The notes under the pieces were generated by a model that saw only the letters and a list, made by a program, of their open reading frames with translations, searched no databases and was not told where the DNA came from. DNA of 64,000 nucleotides from Malacoraja senta (taxonomy: Eukaryota): NCBI GenBank assembly GCA_038087875.1, contig JAXLNO010002359.1:1-64000 (forward strand), written 5' to 3'. How positions within the stretch are numbered: position 1 is the stretch's first letter; every line of letters starts with the position of its first letter. Shown here piece by piece: positions 10,384-23,000 of the stretch. The position numbers were made by a program, and so were the translations under genes.

Positions 10384-13105
10384 TACATAGATACATAGAT
10401 ACATAGAAAATAGGTGCAGGAGTAGGCCATTCGGCCCTTCCAGCCTGCACCGCCATTCAATATGATCATGGCTGATCATCCAACTCAGTATCCCGTACCT
10501 GCCTTCTCTCCGTACCCCCTGATCCCTTTAGCCACAAGGGCCACATCTAACTCCCTCTTAAATATAGCCAATGAACTGGCCTCAACTACCCGCCGTGGCA
10601 GAGAGTTCCAGAGATTCACCACTCTCTGTGTGAAAAAGTTTTTTCTCATCTCGGTCTTAAAGGATTTCCCCCTTATCCTTAAGCTGTGACCCCTTGTCCT
10701 GGACTTCCCCAACATCGGGAACAATCTTCATGCATCTAGCCTGTCCAACCCCATAAGAATTTTGTACGTTTCTATAAGATCCCCTCTCAATCTCCTAAAT
10801 TCTAGCGAGTATAAGCCAAGTCTATCCAGTCTTTCTTCATATGAAAGACCTGACATCCCAGGAATCAGTCTGGTGAACCTTCTCTGCACTCCCTCTATCG
10901 CTATAATGTCCTTCCTCAGATTTGGAGACCAAAACTGTACGCAATACTCCAGGTGTAGTCTCACCAAGACCCTGTACAACTGCAGTAGAACCTCCCTGCT
11001 CCTATACTCAAATCCTTTTGCTATGAAAGCTAACATACCATTCGATTTCTTCACTGCCTGCTGCACCTGCATGCCTACTTTCAATGACTGGTGTACCATG
11101 ACACCCAGTTCTCGCTGCATCTCCCCTTTTCCTAATCGGCCACCATTTAGATAATAGTCTACTTTCCTGTTTTTGCCACCAAAGTGGATAACCTCACATT
11201 TATCCACATTATACTGCATCTGCCAAACATTTGCCCACTCACCCAACCGATCCGAGTCACATATTAATCTCTTATGTGGGACCTTGTCAAAAGCCTTCTG
11301 AAAGTCCAGATACAACACATCCACTGGTTCTCCCCTATCCACTCCACTAGTTACATCCTCGAAAAATTCTATAAGATTCGTCAGACATGATTTACCTTTC
11401 GTAAATCCATGCTGACTTTGTCCAATGATTTCACCACTTTCCAAATGTGCTGCTATCCCATCTTTAATAACTGACTCTAGCGGCTTCCCCACTACCGATG
11501 TTAGACTAACTGGTCTGTAATTCTCCGTTTTCTCTCTCCCTCCCTTCTTAAAAAGTGGGGTTACGTTTGCTACCCTCAAATCCTCAGGAACTACTCCAGA
11601 ATCTAAAGAGTTTTGAAAAATTATCACTAATGCATCCACTATTTCTGGAGCTACTTCCTTAAGTACTCTGGGATGCAGTCTATCTGGCCCTGGTGATTTA
11701 TCGGCCTTTAATCCATTCAATTTACCCAACACCACTTCCCGACTAACCTGGATTTCACTCAGTTCCTCTATCTCCTTTGACCCACGGTCCCCTGCTATTT
11801 CCGGCAGATTATTTATGTGTTCCTTAGTGAAGACGGAACCAAAGTAGTTGTTCAATTGGTCCGCCATATCCTTGTTCCCCATGATCAATTCACCTGTTTC
11901 TGACTGCAAGGGACCTACATTTGTTTTCACTAATCTATTTCTCTTCACATATCTATATAAACTTTTGCAGTCAGTTTTTATGTTCCCTGCCAGTTTTCTT
12001 TCATAATCTATTTTCCCTTTCCTAATTAAGCCCTTTGTCCTCCTCTGCTGGTCTCTGAATTTCTCCCAGTCCTCTGGTATGCTGCTTTTTCTGGCTAATT
12101 TGTATGCATCATCTTTTGCTTTGATACCATCCCTGATTTCCCTTGTTATCCACGGATGCACTACCTTCCCTGATTTATTCTTTTGCCAAACTGGGATGAA
12201 CAATTTTTGTAGTTCATCCATGCAGTCTTTAAATGCCTTCCATTGCATATCCACCGTCAACCCTTTTAGAACTAATTGGCAGTCAATCTTGGCCAATTCA
12301 CGTCTCATACCCTCAAAGTTACATTTCTTTAAGTTCAGAACCGTTGTTTCTGAATTAACAATGTCACTCTCCATCCTAATGAAGAACTCAACCATATTAT
12401 GGTCACTCTTGCCCAAGGGGGCACGCACAACAAGACTGCTAACTAACCCTTCCTCATTACTCAATACCCAGTCAAGAATAGCCTGCTCTCTCGTTGGTTC
12501 CTCTACATGTTGGTTTAGATAACTATCCCGCATACATTCCAAGAAATCCTCTTCCTCAGCACCCCTGCCAATTTGATTCACCCAACTATATATAGATTGA
12601 AGTCACCCATTATAACTGTTTTGCCTTTGTTGCACGCATTTCTAATTTCCTGTTTGATGCCATCCCCAACTTCACTACTACTGCTAGGTGGCCTGTACAC
12701 AACACCCACCAGCGTTTTCTGCCCCTTAGTGTTTCGCAGCTCTACCCATACCGATTCCACATCCTCCAAGCTAATGTCCTTCCTTTCCACTGCGTTAATC
12801 TCCTCTCTAACCATCAACGCTACCCCACCTCCTTTTCCTTTCTCTCTATCCCTCCTGAATATTGAATATCCCTGGATGTTCAGCTCCCAGCCTTGGTCAC
12901 CCTGGAGCCATGTCTCCGTGTTCCCAACTATATCATAATCATGAATTGCTATCTGCACGTTCAACTCATCCACCTTATTACGAATGCTCCTTGCATCGAG
13001 ACACAAAGCCTTCAGGCTTGTTTTTACAACGCTCTTACCCCTTATACAATTATGTTGAAAAGTGGCCCTTTTTGATTTTTGCCCTGGATTTGTCTGCCTG
13101 CCACT
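10384..13105 (-). mobile_element. CR1 LINE ORF2 (APE endonuclease plus RT with an internal deletion) and 3' UTR with (CTATGTAT)n tail
   Basis: CLDARSIRNK...ETWL...GGGVAL...GDFN endonuclease (12578-13006); 617-aa ORF with NYRPVSLTS and YLDFQKAFDKVPH. The ORF jumps from KVPHKRLI to SDRLGEW, so the YADD/FADD region is missing. Confidence 0.92.
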
Positions 13106-13625
13106 TTTCTGGGCACCGTGTTACAGGAAAGATGTCGTCGAGCTTTGAAAGGGCGTGAGAAGATTTACGAGGATGTTGCCGGGACTCGAGGGGCGTGACA
13201 TACAGGGAGAGGTTGGGGCAGGGCTGGGACTATTCCTTGGAGCGCAGGAGGATGAGGGGCGATCTCATAGAGGTGTACAAAATCACCAGAGGAATAGATC
13301 GGGTAGACGCACAGAATCTCTTGCCCAGAGTAGGGGAATTGAGGACCAGAGGACACGGGTTTAAGGTGAGAGACGCGGGGGCGGGAAAAATTGAATAGGA
13401 ATCCGAGGGGCAACCTTTCCACACAGAGGGTGGTGGGTGTATGGAACGAGCTGCCGAGGAGGTAGTTGAGGCTGGGACTATCACAACACTTGGACAGGTA
13501 CATGGATAGGACAGGTTTGGAGGGATATGGGCCAAACGCGGGCAGCAGGTGGGACTAGTGTAGATGCGGCAAGTTGGCCGGGGAGGGCAAGTTTGGCTGA
13601 AGGGCCTGTTTCCATGCTGTATCAC
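13106..13625 (+). mobile_element. CR1/HER1-type LINE 3' fragment
   Basis: RRFTRMLPGL, YSLERRRMRGDLIEVYKI; tail gggcctgtttccatgctgtatcactct. Confidence 0.8.
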
Positions 13626-14134
13626 TCTGTCTCTCTCTCTCTCTCTCCCTGTCTCTCTCTGTCTCACTCTGTCTTTCTCTGTCTCTCTCTCTCCCTGTCT
13701 ATCTCTCTCTGTGTCTCATTCTCTCTCCNNNNNNNNNNNNNNNNNNNNNNNNNNNNNNNNNNNNNNNNNNNNNNNNNNNNNNNNNNNNNNNNNNNNNNNN
13801 NNNNNNNNNNNNNNNNNNNNNNNNNNNNNNNNNNNNNNNNNNNNNNNNNNNNNNNNNNNNNNNNNNNNNNNNNNNNNNNNNNNNNNNNNNNNNNNNNNNN
13901 NNNNNNNNNNNNNNNNNNNNNNNNNNNNNNNNNNNGGTGAACATAGACCCATTCCTGCCAACTGTGGGCCTAACTGCAGATATATACATAACGTACTCAA
14001 ACACATAGGACAGGAAAGAGAAATGATCTGGAAATAGAAACACCATTGGCCAGGACAGATACTTATAAGGACTCGTTCTTTGTGAGAACCGCAATGGAAT
14101 GGAATAAACGAGACAACATTATCGTTTAAATGTT

Positions 14135-14330
14135 AAAGAAGGAACTGCAGATGCTGGAAAATCAAAGATAGACACAAAATGCTGGAGTAACTCAGCGGGT
14201 GAGGCAGCATCTACGGAGCGAAGGATAGTTGACGATTCGGGTCGAGACCCTTCTTCAGACTCAAGAACCATTTCCTCTCTCCATAGATGCTGCCTCACGC
14301 GCTGAGTTCCTATAGCATTATTGTCTACCA
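14135..14330. mobile_element. Short palindromic Penelope-derived-type element; related copies at about 4228-4300, 22925-23085, 25565-25750, 34065-34245, 35180-35310 and 44985-45090
   Basis: Shared aaggaactgcagatgctgg...ctcagcgggtgaggcagcatct... arm, its inverted copy, and a central cttcttcagact / gaagggtctcgacccgaaac motif. Confidence 0.6.
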
Positions 14331-14361
14331 GCAATAGAGTCAAATCACCTTCACTGGACAA

Positions 14362-15090
14362 TAGACAACAGGCGCAGGAGGAGGCCATTCGGCCTTTCGA
14401 GCCAGCACCGCCATTCACTGTGATCATGGCTGATCATCCGCAATCAGTACCCCGCTCCTGCCTTCTCCCCATATCCCCTGACTCCGCTATCTTTAGGAGC
14501 CCTATCTAGCTCTCTCTTGAAAGTATCCAGAGAACTGGCCTCCACCGTCCTCTGAGGCAGAGAATCCCACAGATTCACAACTCTCTGGGTGGAAAGTTTC
14601 TCCTCATCTCAGTCCCAAATGACCACAGATTCATAACTCTCTGGGTGGAAATGTTTCTCCTCGTCTCCGTTCTAAATGGCTTACTCCTTATTCTTAAACT
14701 GTGTGTGGCCCCTGGTTCTGGAGTACCCCAACATCGGGAACATGTTTCCTGCCTCTAGCATGTCCAAACCCTTAATAATCATATATGTTTCAATAAGATA
14801 CCCTCTCATCCTTCTAAACTCCAGAGTGTACATGCCCAGCCGCTCCATTCTCTCAGCATATGACAGTCCCGCCAACCCGGGAATTAACCTGGTGAACCTA
14901 CGCTGGGCTCCCTCAATAGCAAGAATGTTCTTCCTCAAATTTTGGGACCAAACCTGCACACAATACTCCAGGTGTGGTCTCACCAGGGCCCAGTACAACT
15001 GCAGAAGGACCTCTTTGCTCCTAGACTCAACTCCTCTTGTTATGAAAGCCAACAGGCCAAAACTGCACACCATACTCCAGCTGTGGTCTC
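14362..15090 (-). mobile_element. CR1 3' fragment, followed by a GA-rich tract (15090-15395)
   Basis: LVRPHLEYCVQVWS...[10 protein letters not shown]...RRMRGYLIETY (ORF 14681-15073) and a CR1 3' UTR. Confidence 0.85.
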
Positions 15091-15861
15091 ACAAGGGATG
15101 GAGGGAGAGGGAGAGAGGGAGGGGGAGAGAGAGAGAGGGGGAGAGAGAGAGGGAGAGAGAGAGAGAGGGAGAGAGGAGAGAGGGAGAGAAGAGAGAGAGG
15201 ACGAGGGGGAGAGAGAGGCAGAAAAGGGGAGAGAGTGAGGGGGAGAGAGTCGCAGAGAGGGGAGGGAGAGGGGTGGAGAGAGGGAGGGAGGGAGAGAGGG
15301 AGGGAGAGGGTGAGAGAAACGGGGAGAAACGGGGAGAAAGAGGCAGGGGGAGAGAGGGAGAGAGAAGGAGGAGGAGGGGGGGAATGAGGGGGAGATAGGT
15401 CAGCCATGGTTGCAAGGCGGAGTGGACTCGGTAAGTTGGCGATATGCAGAGTACTGCCCTGCTGACTACAAATTCAGAAAGGTCCAATGGAGACAATGCC
15501 AAGTGGGGGCTAGCAGGAGTGAAATGGGCCAAAGGGCCTTTTCCGGACGCTCTGGGCTCCCCGCATCCACCCCGTTGTCCCGCAAGGTCGGCTAGGTGAC
15601 TTTGGGGGAGTTTTTGGGGCAAATGGTTTGGAAATGAGACAGAAATCGGCCTGCAAGGCCCAGATTAAGTGTGGATTTAGTGTGAGTTATAATTGACCCC
15701 AGTTTGACCAGTTTTATTCCCCCAGACGCGGTTTATGTGGAGATTGCCCTCAGCTCTCTCTCTCTCTCTCTCTCCCCCCACACACATGTCCACACACGTG
15801 ACTGTACCGGCCTGTACTGTACTGTACTGTATGTGGTCATTGACCTCACTCACCCACTCAC

Positions 15862-16510
15862 TTCTCCCCCACGTGACCCGATCCCGCACAATCCGCTGCA
15901 GCCGCTGATGATCAGTTATTTATTTATTTACCTCAGGTCCGTCGGCAACTGACGCTTCACCGCCATTTTCATGCGGTCGACGGGGAGCCGAGTCTCGTCG
16001 CTGCCGACGTCGCTGCCGACGGACCTGAGGTAAATAAATAAATAACTGATCTTGGTGAGGGCAGGTGAGGTCGCGGGCGGGCGCGGGGTTGGCGGTTGGA
16101 GACGTGGAGCGGGAACAAGATGAAGATGTACCACCCTTCCCGCCCGCCCTGCGTCGTGACGTCCGCCCTCCCCGCCCGCCGCCCGTGACGTGCCGTGACT
16201 CCCCCCGCCCGCCCTGCGCCGTGACGTCCGCCCTCCCTGCGCCGTGACGTCGCCGCCGATCCGAGGGCGTGGCTTCAGCTGGCAGTTGCTCGATGGCGGT
16301 TTGTTTTTAAATGTGAAGGCCGACACAAAATGGCGGCGAATGTGATGATGCTGCTTCACACTGAAGGTAAAATGCTGCAGTCACTTGGTCACTAGAGTGA
16401 TAGAGAACAATAGGGAAGCGACCCGGGAGATGAGCGGCCATCTTGGTGAGGGCAGGTGAGGTCGGCAGCCGGCGGCCATCTTGGTGAAGGCAGGTGAGGT
16501 CGGCGGTTGG
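15862..16510 (-). promoter_or_regulatory. CpG-rich promoter and candidate non-coding first exon of the zinc-finger gene
   Basis: High CpG density; at least four GTGACGT (CRE/ATF-type) motifs and GC boxes at 16140-16260; YY1-type AAAATGGCGG (about 16327) and CGGCCATCTT (about 16436, 16473); donor GAA|GTGAGT at 15862/15861. Linkage to the 3816 acceptor is inferred. Confidence 0.5.
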
Positions 16511-16519
16511 AGCTTTGGG

Positions 16520-16925
16520 CGGATGGTTTTGGGTGGGTGAGTGTGGTTTCAGGTGAGTGAGGGTGGTTTCGGGTGGGTATGGGTGGTTTCGGGTGGTTTT
16601 GGGTGGGTGTGGGTGGTTGAGGGTGGTTTCAGGTGCGTGAGGGTGGTTTCGGGTGGGTATGGGTGGGTGTGGGTGTTGAGGGTGGTTTCGGGTGTGTGTG
16701 GGTGATTGAGGGTGGGTGAGGGTGGTTTCGGGTGGGTGTGGGTGATTGAGGGTGGGTGAGGGTGGTTTCGGGTGGGTGAGGGTGGTTTTGTGTGGGTGTG
16801 GGTGGTTGAGGGTGGGTGAGGGTGGTTTTGGGTGTGTGTGGGTGGTTTCGGGTGGGTGTGGGTGGTTTTGGGTGGATGAGGGTGGGTGTGGGTGTATGAG
16901 GGTGGTTTTGTGGGTGGTTTCTGGT
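16520..16925. repeat. G-rich minisatellite (about 20-bp GAGGGTGGTTTCGGGTGGGT), resuming at 18105-18225 after nested insertions
   Basis: Directly visible units. The antisense ETTLTHP ORFs are artefacts. Confidence 0.9.
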
Positions 16926-16935
16926 GAAGGCGTTT

Positions 16936-18104
16936 TCATAGAAACATAGACAATTGGTGCAGGAGTAGGCCATTCGGCCCTTCGAGCCAGCACCGCCATT
17001 CAATGTGATCATGGCTGATCATCTGTTCGATGACGTTGAGCTTGGCGGTGGTAAGGCCTTCAACATTGAGCTGCAGTAGCGCTAAACCACGACAGTTGGC
17101 GGCATTTAACGGTGCCGCCTGGCCTGGGGAGGCATGGCTTTCAGCGGTCTGCAGACGTGGTAAAGACATTGGTTTCGCTTTGTGGACATGATCCTGTAAG
17201 CTACTCGTAGAGGAGGCCGCGTAGAGGCTGTCTTTGACCAGATGGTCAAGACGAGATGGAGAGACCAGTTGAAGTCAGCGGAAACATCTAGGCTACACCA
17301 TTACATCGATGACCCCATGGACGTCCCTGGCCAGGACCTGCCCCGAAAGCAGTGGACAACCCTCAACCACTTGAGGACAGGCGTCTTGATGACGCTATGG
17401 AGTAGTGATGAAGAGGTGTGGGCCTCGTGGACAGCGAGCGTCTCCTGCGAGTGTGGGGACACAACACAGACAGTGGAGCACACATCGGCCACGGAACGGT
17501 GAACGAGGTCTGATTGACCTGGTTGATGATACGTTGGCCTGGCTCGCCTCAACAGAGCTGCAGGTCTAAAAGACACACGACAGAAGAAGAAGATGGCTGA
17601 TCATCCAACTCAGTATCCTGTACCTGCCTTCTCTCCATACCCCCTGATCCCTTTAGCCACAAGGGCCACATCTAACTCCCTCTTAAATATAGCCAATGAA
17701 CTGGCCTCAACTACCTTCTGTGGCAGAGAATTCCACAGATTCACCACTCTCTGTGTGAAAAAAAATGTTTTTCTCATCTCGGTCCTAAAAGACTTCCCCC
17801 TTATCCTTAAACTGACCCCTTGTTCTGGACTTCCCCAACATCGGGTTCAATCTTCCTGCATCTAGCCTGTCCAACCCCTGAAGAATTTTGTAAGTTTCCA
17901 TAAGATCCCCCCCTCAATCTTCTAAATTCCAGCGAGTACAAGCCGAGTCTATCCAGTCTTTCTTCATATGAAAGTCCTGACATCCCAGGAATCAGTCTGG
18001 TGAACCTTCTCTGTACTCCCTCTATGGCAAGAATGTCTTTCCTCAGATTAGGAGACCAAAACTGTACGCAATACTCCGGGTGTGGTCTCACCAAGACCCT
18101 GTAC
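16936..18104 (-). mobile_element. CR1 3' fragment inserted in the G-rich minisatellite and itself split by an Ingi-like insertion
   Basis: Tail catagaaacatag at 16937; 3' UTR continues at 17593; [20 protein letters not shown]...RRLRG coding remnant. Confidence 0.85.
17024..17592 (+). mobile_element. Ingi/Vingi-like LINE fragment with 5' inversion, (GAA)n tail and 13-bp TSD
   Basis: ATGGCTGATCATC at 17011-17023 and 17593-17605. The forward part encodes LPRKQWTTLNHLRTG...CECG...QTVEH. The inverted part encodes LLQLNVEGLTTAKLNVIEQ, an endonuclease start. The clade assignment is from motif recollection. Confidence 0.65.
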
Positions 18105-18796
18105 GGTTGGGTGAGGGTGGTTTCGGGTGGGCGAGGGTGGGTGTGGGTGGTTTCCGGTGGGTGAGGGTGGGTGTGGTTGGTGAGGGTGGTTTCGAGTGGG
18201 TGAGGGTGGTTTTGGGTGGGTGTGGGTAAAAAAATCACAAACCATACGTAAGTAAGTAAGTAAATTTTATTTATATAGCACATTTAAATCAACTCGCGTT
18301 GAAACATAAAATAAATAATGAAGTTTCCGTACATCCATTGAAAAAATAAAGAAATAAGAAAAAATGACACAACACATTATAGAATTCAACATGAACTTCC
18401 CCCCCACAACAGAATTAAAATTTACCACTGTCCACGGCATCAAAAAGTTAAGTCCTCTTCCTCTGTGATCACCCAAATTACATTTTACTCAGATGCAAGC
18501 CAAGGAATGGCATAATTGTTAGCTGTTATTTGGACATAATCAACCTCAGCAAATTGACAATATCCTATTGAAACACAGTGGGTGTTTAAGCTGTCAGGAC
18601 ATTTTATTATTTGCCAAAATATACATCTCAATAGGATAATGATAGGAAACCTTTCTGCACATCACTCATAAGTCTGAAGATTTCTTTAATGATAAATTTA
18701 GCTTCAGAGGCGTTTTTGTTTTGCATGTACAAACCCACTTCAGAAGCATGGGCGATTTTAAAATTTAATAGCCAGATTTATCACTTCTGAAACTTT

Positions 18797-19057
18797 TTAG
18801 ATACCAAAGGAATCAAGAAAAAACACAAATAATGCCTTGCTCTTGATGAAATGCAGTGAGCAAAGGCGAGAATTCCCAATATTTTCAATCTCGATATCTG
18901 CACGGCCAATGTTCGCCAAGCACTTTAGCTGTTGTCCCTTCAGCTCTCGCTTCTCTTTACCTTCATTTCGCTTCACTTTTGGAATTCTGAAGTAGGATAG
19001 ATGTCTCTCACGGTTACCCCGACTTCCACAATTATTTACAGCGCAGAAATTCGCCAT
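18797..19057 (-). mobile_element. Degenerate THAP zinc-finger domain, probably a DNA-transposon relic
   Basis: MANFCAVNNC...YFRIP...LCSLHF matches the THAP C2CH pattern. The conserved Trp is missing and no transposase catalytic domain was found. Confidence 0.65.
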
Positions 19058-19189
19058 TTTGGCAGTTTTTAACAGGTAGGAAAGTACGCGTTTCGTGTAT
19101 TAACAACATATACCAGAAGCTGCGATGTCCTACAGAGCGGCTCCATGCGTCAAGCCCTTTGACCCGGTGACCTTGCGTGGAACCCCCAC

Positions 19190-19681
19190 TATACACACAC
19201 ACACACTCTCAGACACACACGAACTCTCAGACACGCGTGCACTCTCAGACACACACGCACTGTCACTCACGCACACTCACGCATGCGCGCACACACACAC
19301 AGACTCATTCACACACACACAGACTCACACACACACAGACTCACTCACACAGACACAGACTCACTTACACAAACATACTCACTCACACAGGCACACACAG
19401 ACACACGCACACACACAGACTCACACACACTCACTCACAGACTCACTCACACAGACTCACTCACTCACACAGACTCACTCACACACACACAGTCACACAC
19501 ACACACAGTCAAACACGCACACAGTCACTCACACACACAGTCACTCACACACTGACTCACACACACAACCAATACTAAAATGCCAAGTAACTTCAGAACG
19601 TGGTAAACATAGTGTGGAAACCGAATGATTCAAACGTTTAAAGTCTCCAAATTTGCAAACACTTTACAACCAATACATTTT

Positions 19682-19719
<38 letters not shown>

Positions 19720-19720
19720 C
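19190..19720. repeat. (CA)n/(CACAGACT)-type microsatellite tract
   Basis: Directly visible. The His/Thr-rich ORFs are artefacts. Confidence 0.9.
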
Positions 19721-19989
19721 CAATACTAAAACATTAATAACATTAATAACATCGATGGGAAAAAGCCTCCGGTCCAGCTCAGCGGAGGGGGACTCTGATC
19801 GAAGTGGCCAAAAATCACGGCCGTAAGTGGCGGCGTTCTTTCAGAAATCGCGAAACAGAAAGTCAGAAAGTGGTCAAGATCTTAGTTTTAGTAATATAGA
19901 TGAAGTAAAAAATTCAATTCCAAAAATTGCAAAGTTGCACTTGTCAAAGTCCAAGCCTTCACTTTCCACTCTCTTCAGAGTATTCATGT

Positions 19990-20049
19990 TTATGTTTTTA
20001 CTGTTTCAGCATAGATGACAGACTCATCTTCCTTTGAAGAATCAAGGTT
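19990..20049 (-). CDS. Receptor last coding exon NLDSSKEDESVIYAETVKT* (ITIM-like)
   Basis: Acceptor ttctctttcag|AAC, phase 0; TAA at 19990-19992. Confidence 0.65.
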   Translation of the reverse strand, partial: NLDSSKEDESVIYAETVKT

Positions 20050-23000
20050 CTGAAAGAGAAAGAAATACCAATTGTATTTAAGACCGTTGCTGTTGTCGCT
20101 GTTTAGATCAGTAAACAGATTACAGCTTTAATTCATACTTGTACGATCTGGGATTTCATCAACAAGAATCAATATACTTACAGTGCCTGATGCTTGATTG
20201 GAGGACAGTGTATTATCACTGCTGCCTGTAATAAATGCAAACATCACAATTAAAAATGACACTGGTGGATTATGTTGACAAAGGAAACGACAAATGGAAT
20301 ATAAAAGTCTAAAGCTTACTACATTTTGCTCTTCCTGACAGTAGATCAACAAGACATTGAATTCCGGAAAACCCATCTGTCATCTGTATGCTCATACCTC
20401 TGCATTTACAGTGAGCTGCAGGAATGGTCAGCATGAACAAGACACCCTTATATTGCTATGGAAGGAATCGACTGTGAATAAGTGAACTAGCACAGCAATT
20501 GACAGAGCAGCAGGCCAGGCAGGACATAAGCTACGAAGCTGCATCTGTGGCTGGGAAAAGATAACATCAGGGAAGGGTCTCAAGATCCACCAGGGCAGGG
20601 AAAAGTGACAAGGAGAGCTTGGTGAGGGGCCTCGCATAGACCATTACCTTCTAAGAGGTAGGCCAAATCAGTGGAGTGAAGCCCAGTGGCAGGTTAACCA
20701 CCGCAGTCCACAGGGTATCAGCACCCCAGGTGAAGCTCAACCAAGTACTGTCTCACCAACGGACACGAGTCCAGAGCCCAACCAGCCACAGTCAGCGGTA
20801 GAGAGGAAGATGGAAGGTAAAAAGCAGAATGGAGCAGTCACTGGCTGTGGCTGAAGAGATGCTGTCTGGGCTGCCACGTGACCATCTAGAGGCTAACCAT
20901 AAGACACACACCCAGGGCTGATCACCCTGCGGTGGGCCTGCCTGGACTGAGGGTGTCTTGTGATAAAAGGCCGAAACACCCAGTGATGTTGAGGTACACA
21001 ACTGAAGATGTGTCTGATTGGTAGCAAAATCACCTCGTGGTCACCCCCAAGAATATCGGGTGTGAGTTGTGAAGAACCTTGGGGATTGTAACATCCAGTC
21101 CTACTAATCAATATCAAAAATTTGTAATTCAAGGAAGATTGTGCTGATCACTTGTAGCTCAGTCAGGAGTTGTGCAGAAGAATGTTCTTCAGATGGACAT
21201 AAATGGTGTCTTGGTTTCACTTCTCATCACCAACGACAATGCACAACAGTGTTGTAACAGCAGCCTGGATGTCACTGGTTGGATCTCTGGAGTGGCTATT
21301 GTACCCACTTAGAGTAGGCTAGGGGACCAGAACCCACTTAGAGTAGGTTAGGGGACCAGAACACACTCCCTGTAGTTTAGCGGACCAGAACACACTCCCT
21401 GTAGTTTAGGGGACCAGAACACACTCGGAGAAGGCTGGGGAGGTTGAACCCACCAGAGAAGGTTGGACTCCTAACTGAGCCTCAGCTGACTGTCCCACTT
21501 CATGTCGACGGATAGAGTGAGTAACTTTATCCCAGGAATGCCTGATGCTGTTGTAAGGTGGCCAAAGACAGCAGGGTTTCAGACTACTCAGTGCCAATAA
21601 TCCTCACTGTGATAAAAGTTTAAAACATATTTAAATAAAGTCATTTTACCACCAGATGCTTTTGGCTGGAAGGAGATGGATCCATAATGAATACCTTCTT
21701 CTGTATCTGTGGAAATAAGTTGGAAACAAAGAATTTATTTGTATTTAAAAAAGGATGATTTAAGTCAATGTAGGGTCACGATACGAAACGCTGATCATCG
21801 CTTTCCCTCCATAGATGCTGCTCGACCGATAGAGTACCTCCAGCAGTTTGAAAAAACCCTCCATGTAAAGTCACATCTCCTAACCTCCTTGCTTTGACTT
21901 CTTCCTGGGATGGTGGAAATTACAAAGAGAATTTGAGTTAATTTGACTTGTTGAGTTTAGAAGAATGACAATGGTTCTCATGGAAACATAGAAAATTCCA
22001 AAAGGTAGACCAGTCTGGATGGAGGAAGATGTTCCCTGTTGGGGGAGACCATGACCAGGGGTAAAGGTTGAAGACAAGAGACAATAAGGATGAAGATGAG
22101 GAGAACAAAGAATCGGTTACATTCTCTACCACACATTTGTCTGGAGCCAAATCATTCAGTACATTTTAGGAGTTGTTGAATTTATTGACAGATACACAAC
22201 AATGGCGAGGTACAGGTACAATGAAAATGTTGCCTGCAGCAGCATCAGAGGCATTTTGACTAAGGCAACACAACACATAAATGAAGCATAAATTACAAAG
22301 ACCACTGGTTAGTGGAAAAATAGACTGCAAAACACAAACTAGAGACATCATGTGGACTAAGATCAAGGAATATGGGGAGATATGATCAGCTGAGGTTCAG
22401 TTTAGTTTATTGTCATGTGTGCCGATTTTCAGGGAAAAGCTTTTGTTGCATCAGCAGAAAGACAATATATGAATACAATCGATCCCTTTACAGTGGAATA
22501 CAGTGGAATACAATTGATCCATACTGTGGAACAAGGTAAGGAATTGATATTTTTCTCATTAAAACATGGGCAATGTCTGATTTATTGAAAGGTTCCCTCA
22601 GATTTTTCAAGAAAGATTTCTCTGTTCATCAGATTCATCATAAATGTGGTCTAAATTCTGGCAAAAACAATACTGTCCACCATTTGACCACCATGATGGC
22701 TCGAGGCCCCCGACCGAGGAAGAACACAAGTGAAGGACTTGAACTTTATTTCACCTTCCATCACAGTGAGGAATGTGTAGGAGTCACTGTGGTGGATGTT
22801 CATGTTAAAATGTGTTTTTGTGTCTGTTGCTTTTTAATTGTATGACTGACCTGGCCAGTGAAATTCCTCGTATGTTGCAAAACGTACTTGGCGAATAAAA
22901 TCTGATTCTGATTCTGTCTAAGGTGGAAACAAAGAACTGCAGATGCTGGTTAATACACAAAGGGACACAAAGTGCTGGAGTACCACTGCAGGTCAGGCAG

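Noticed and set aside
16307-19628. Pro/Thr/His-rich ORFs (ETTLTHP, THTHS repeats)
   Set aside because: They are translations of the G-rich minisatellite and the CA microsatellite.
20308-20415. Two possible micro-exons of the receptor tail (LTVNAE, EEQNV)
   Set aside because: They need a very short intron, do not fit the phase of the following exon, and the tail is complete without them.
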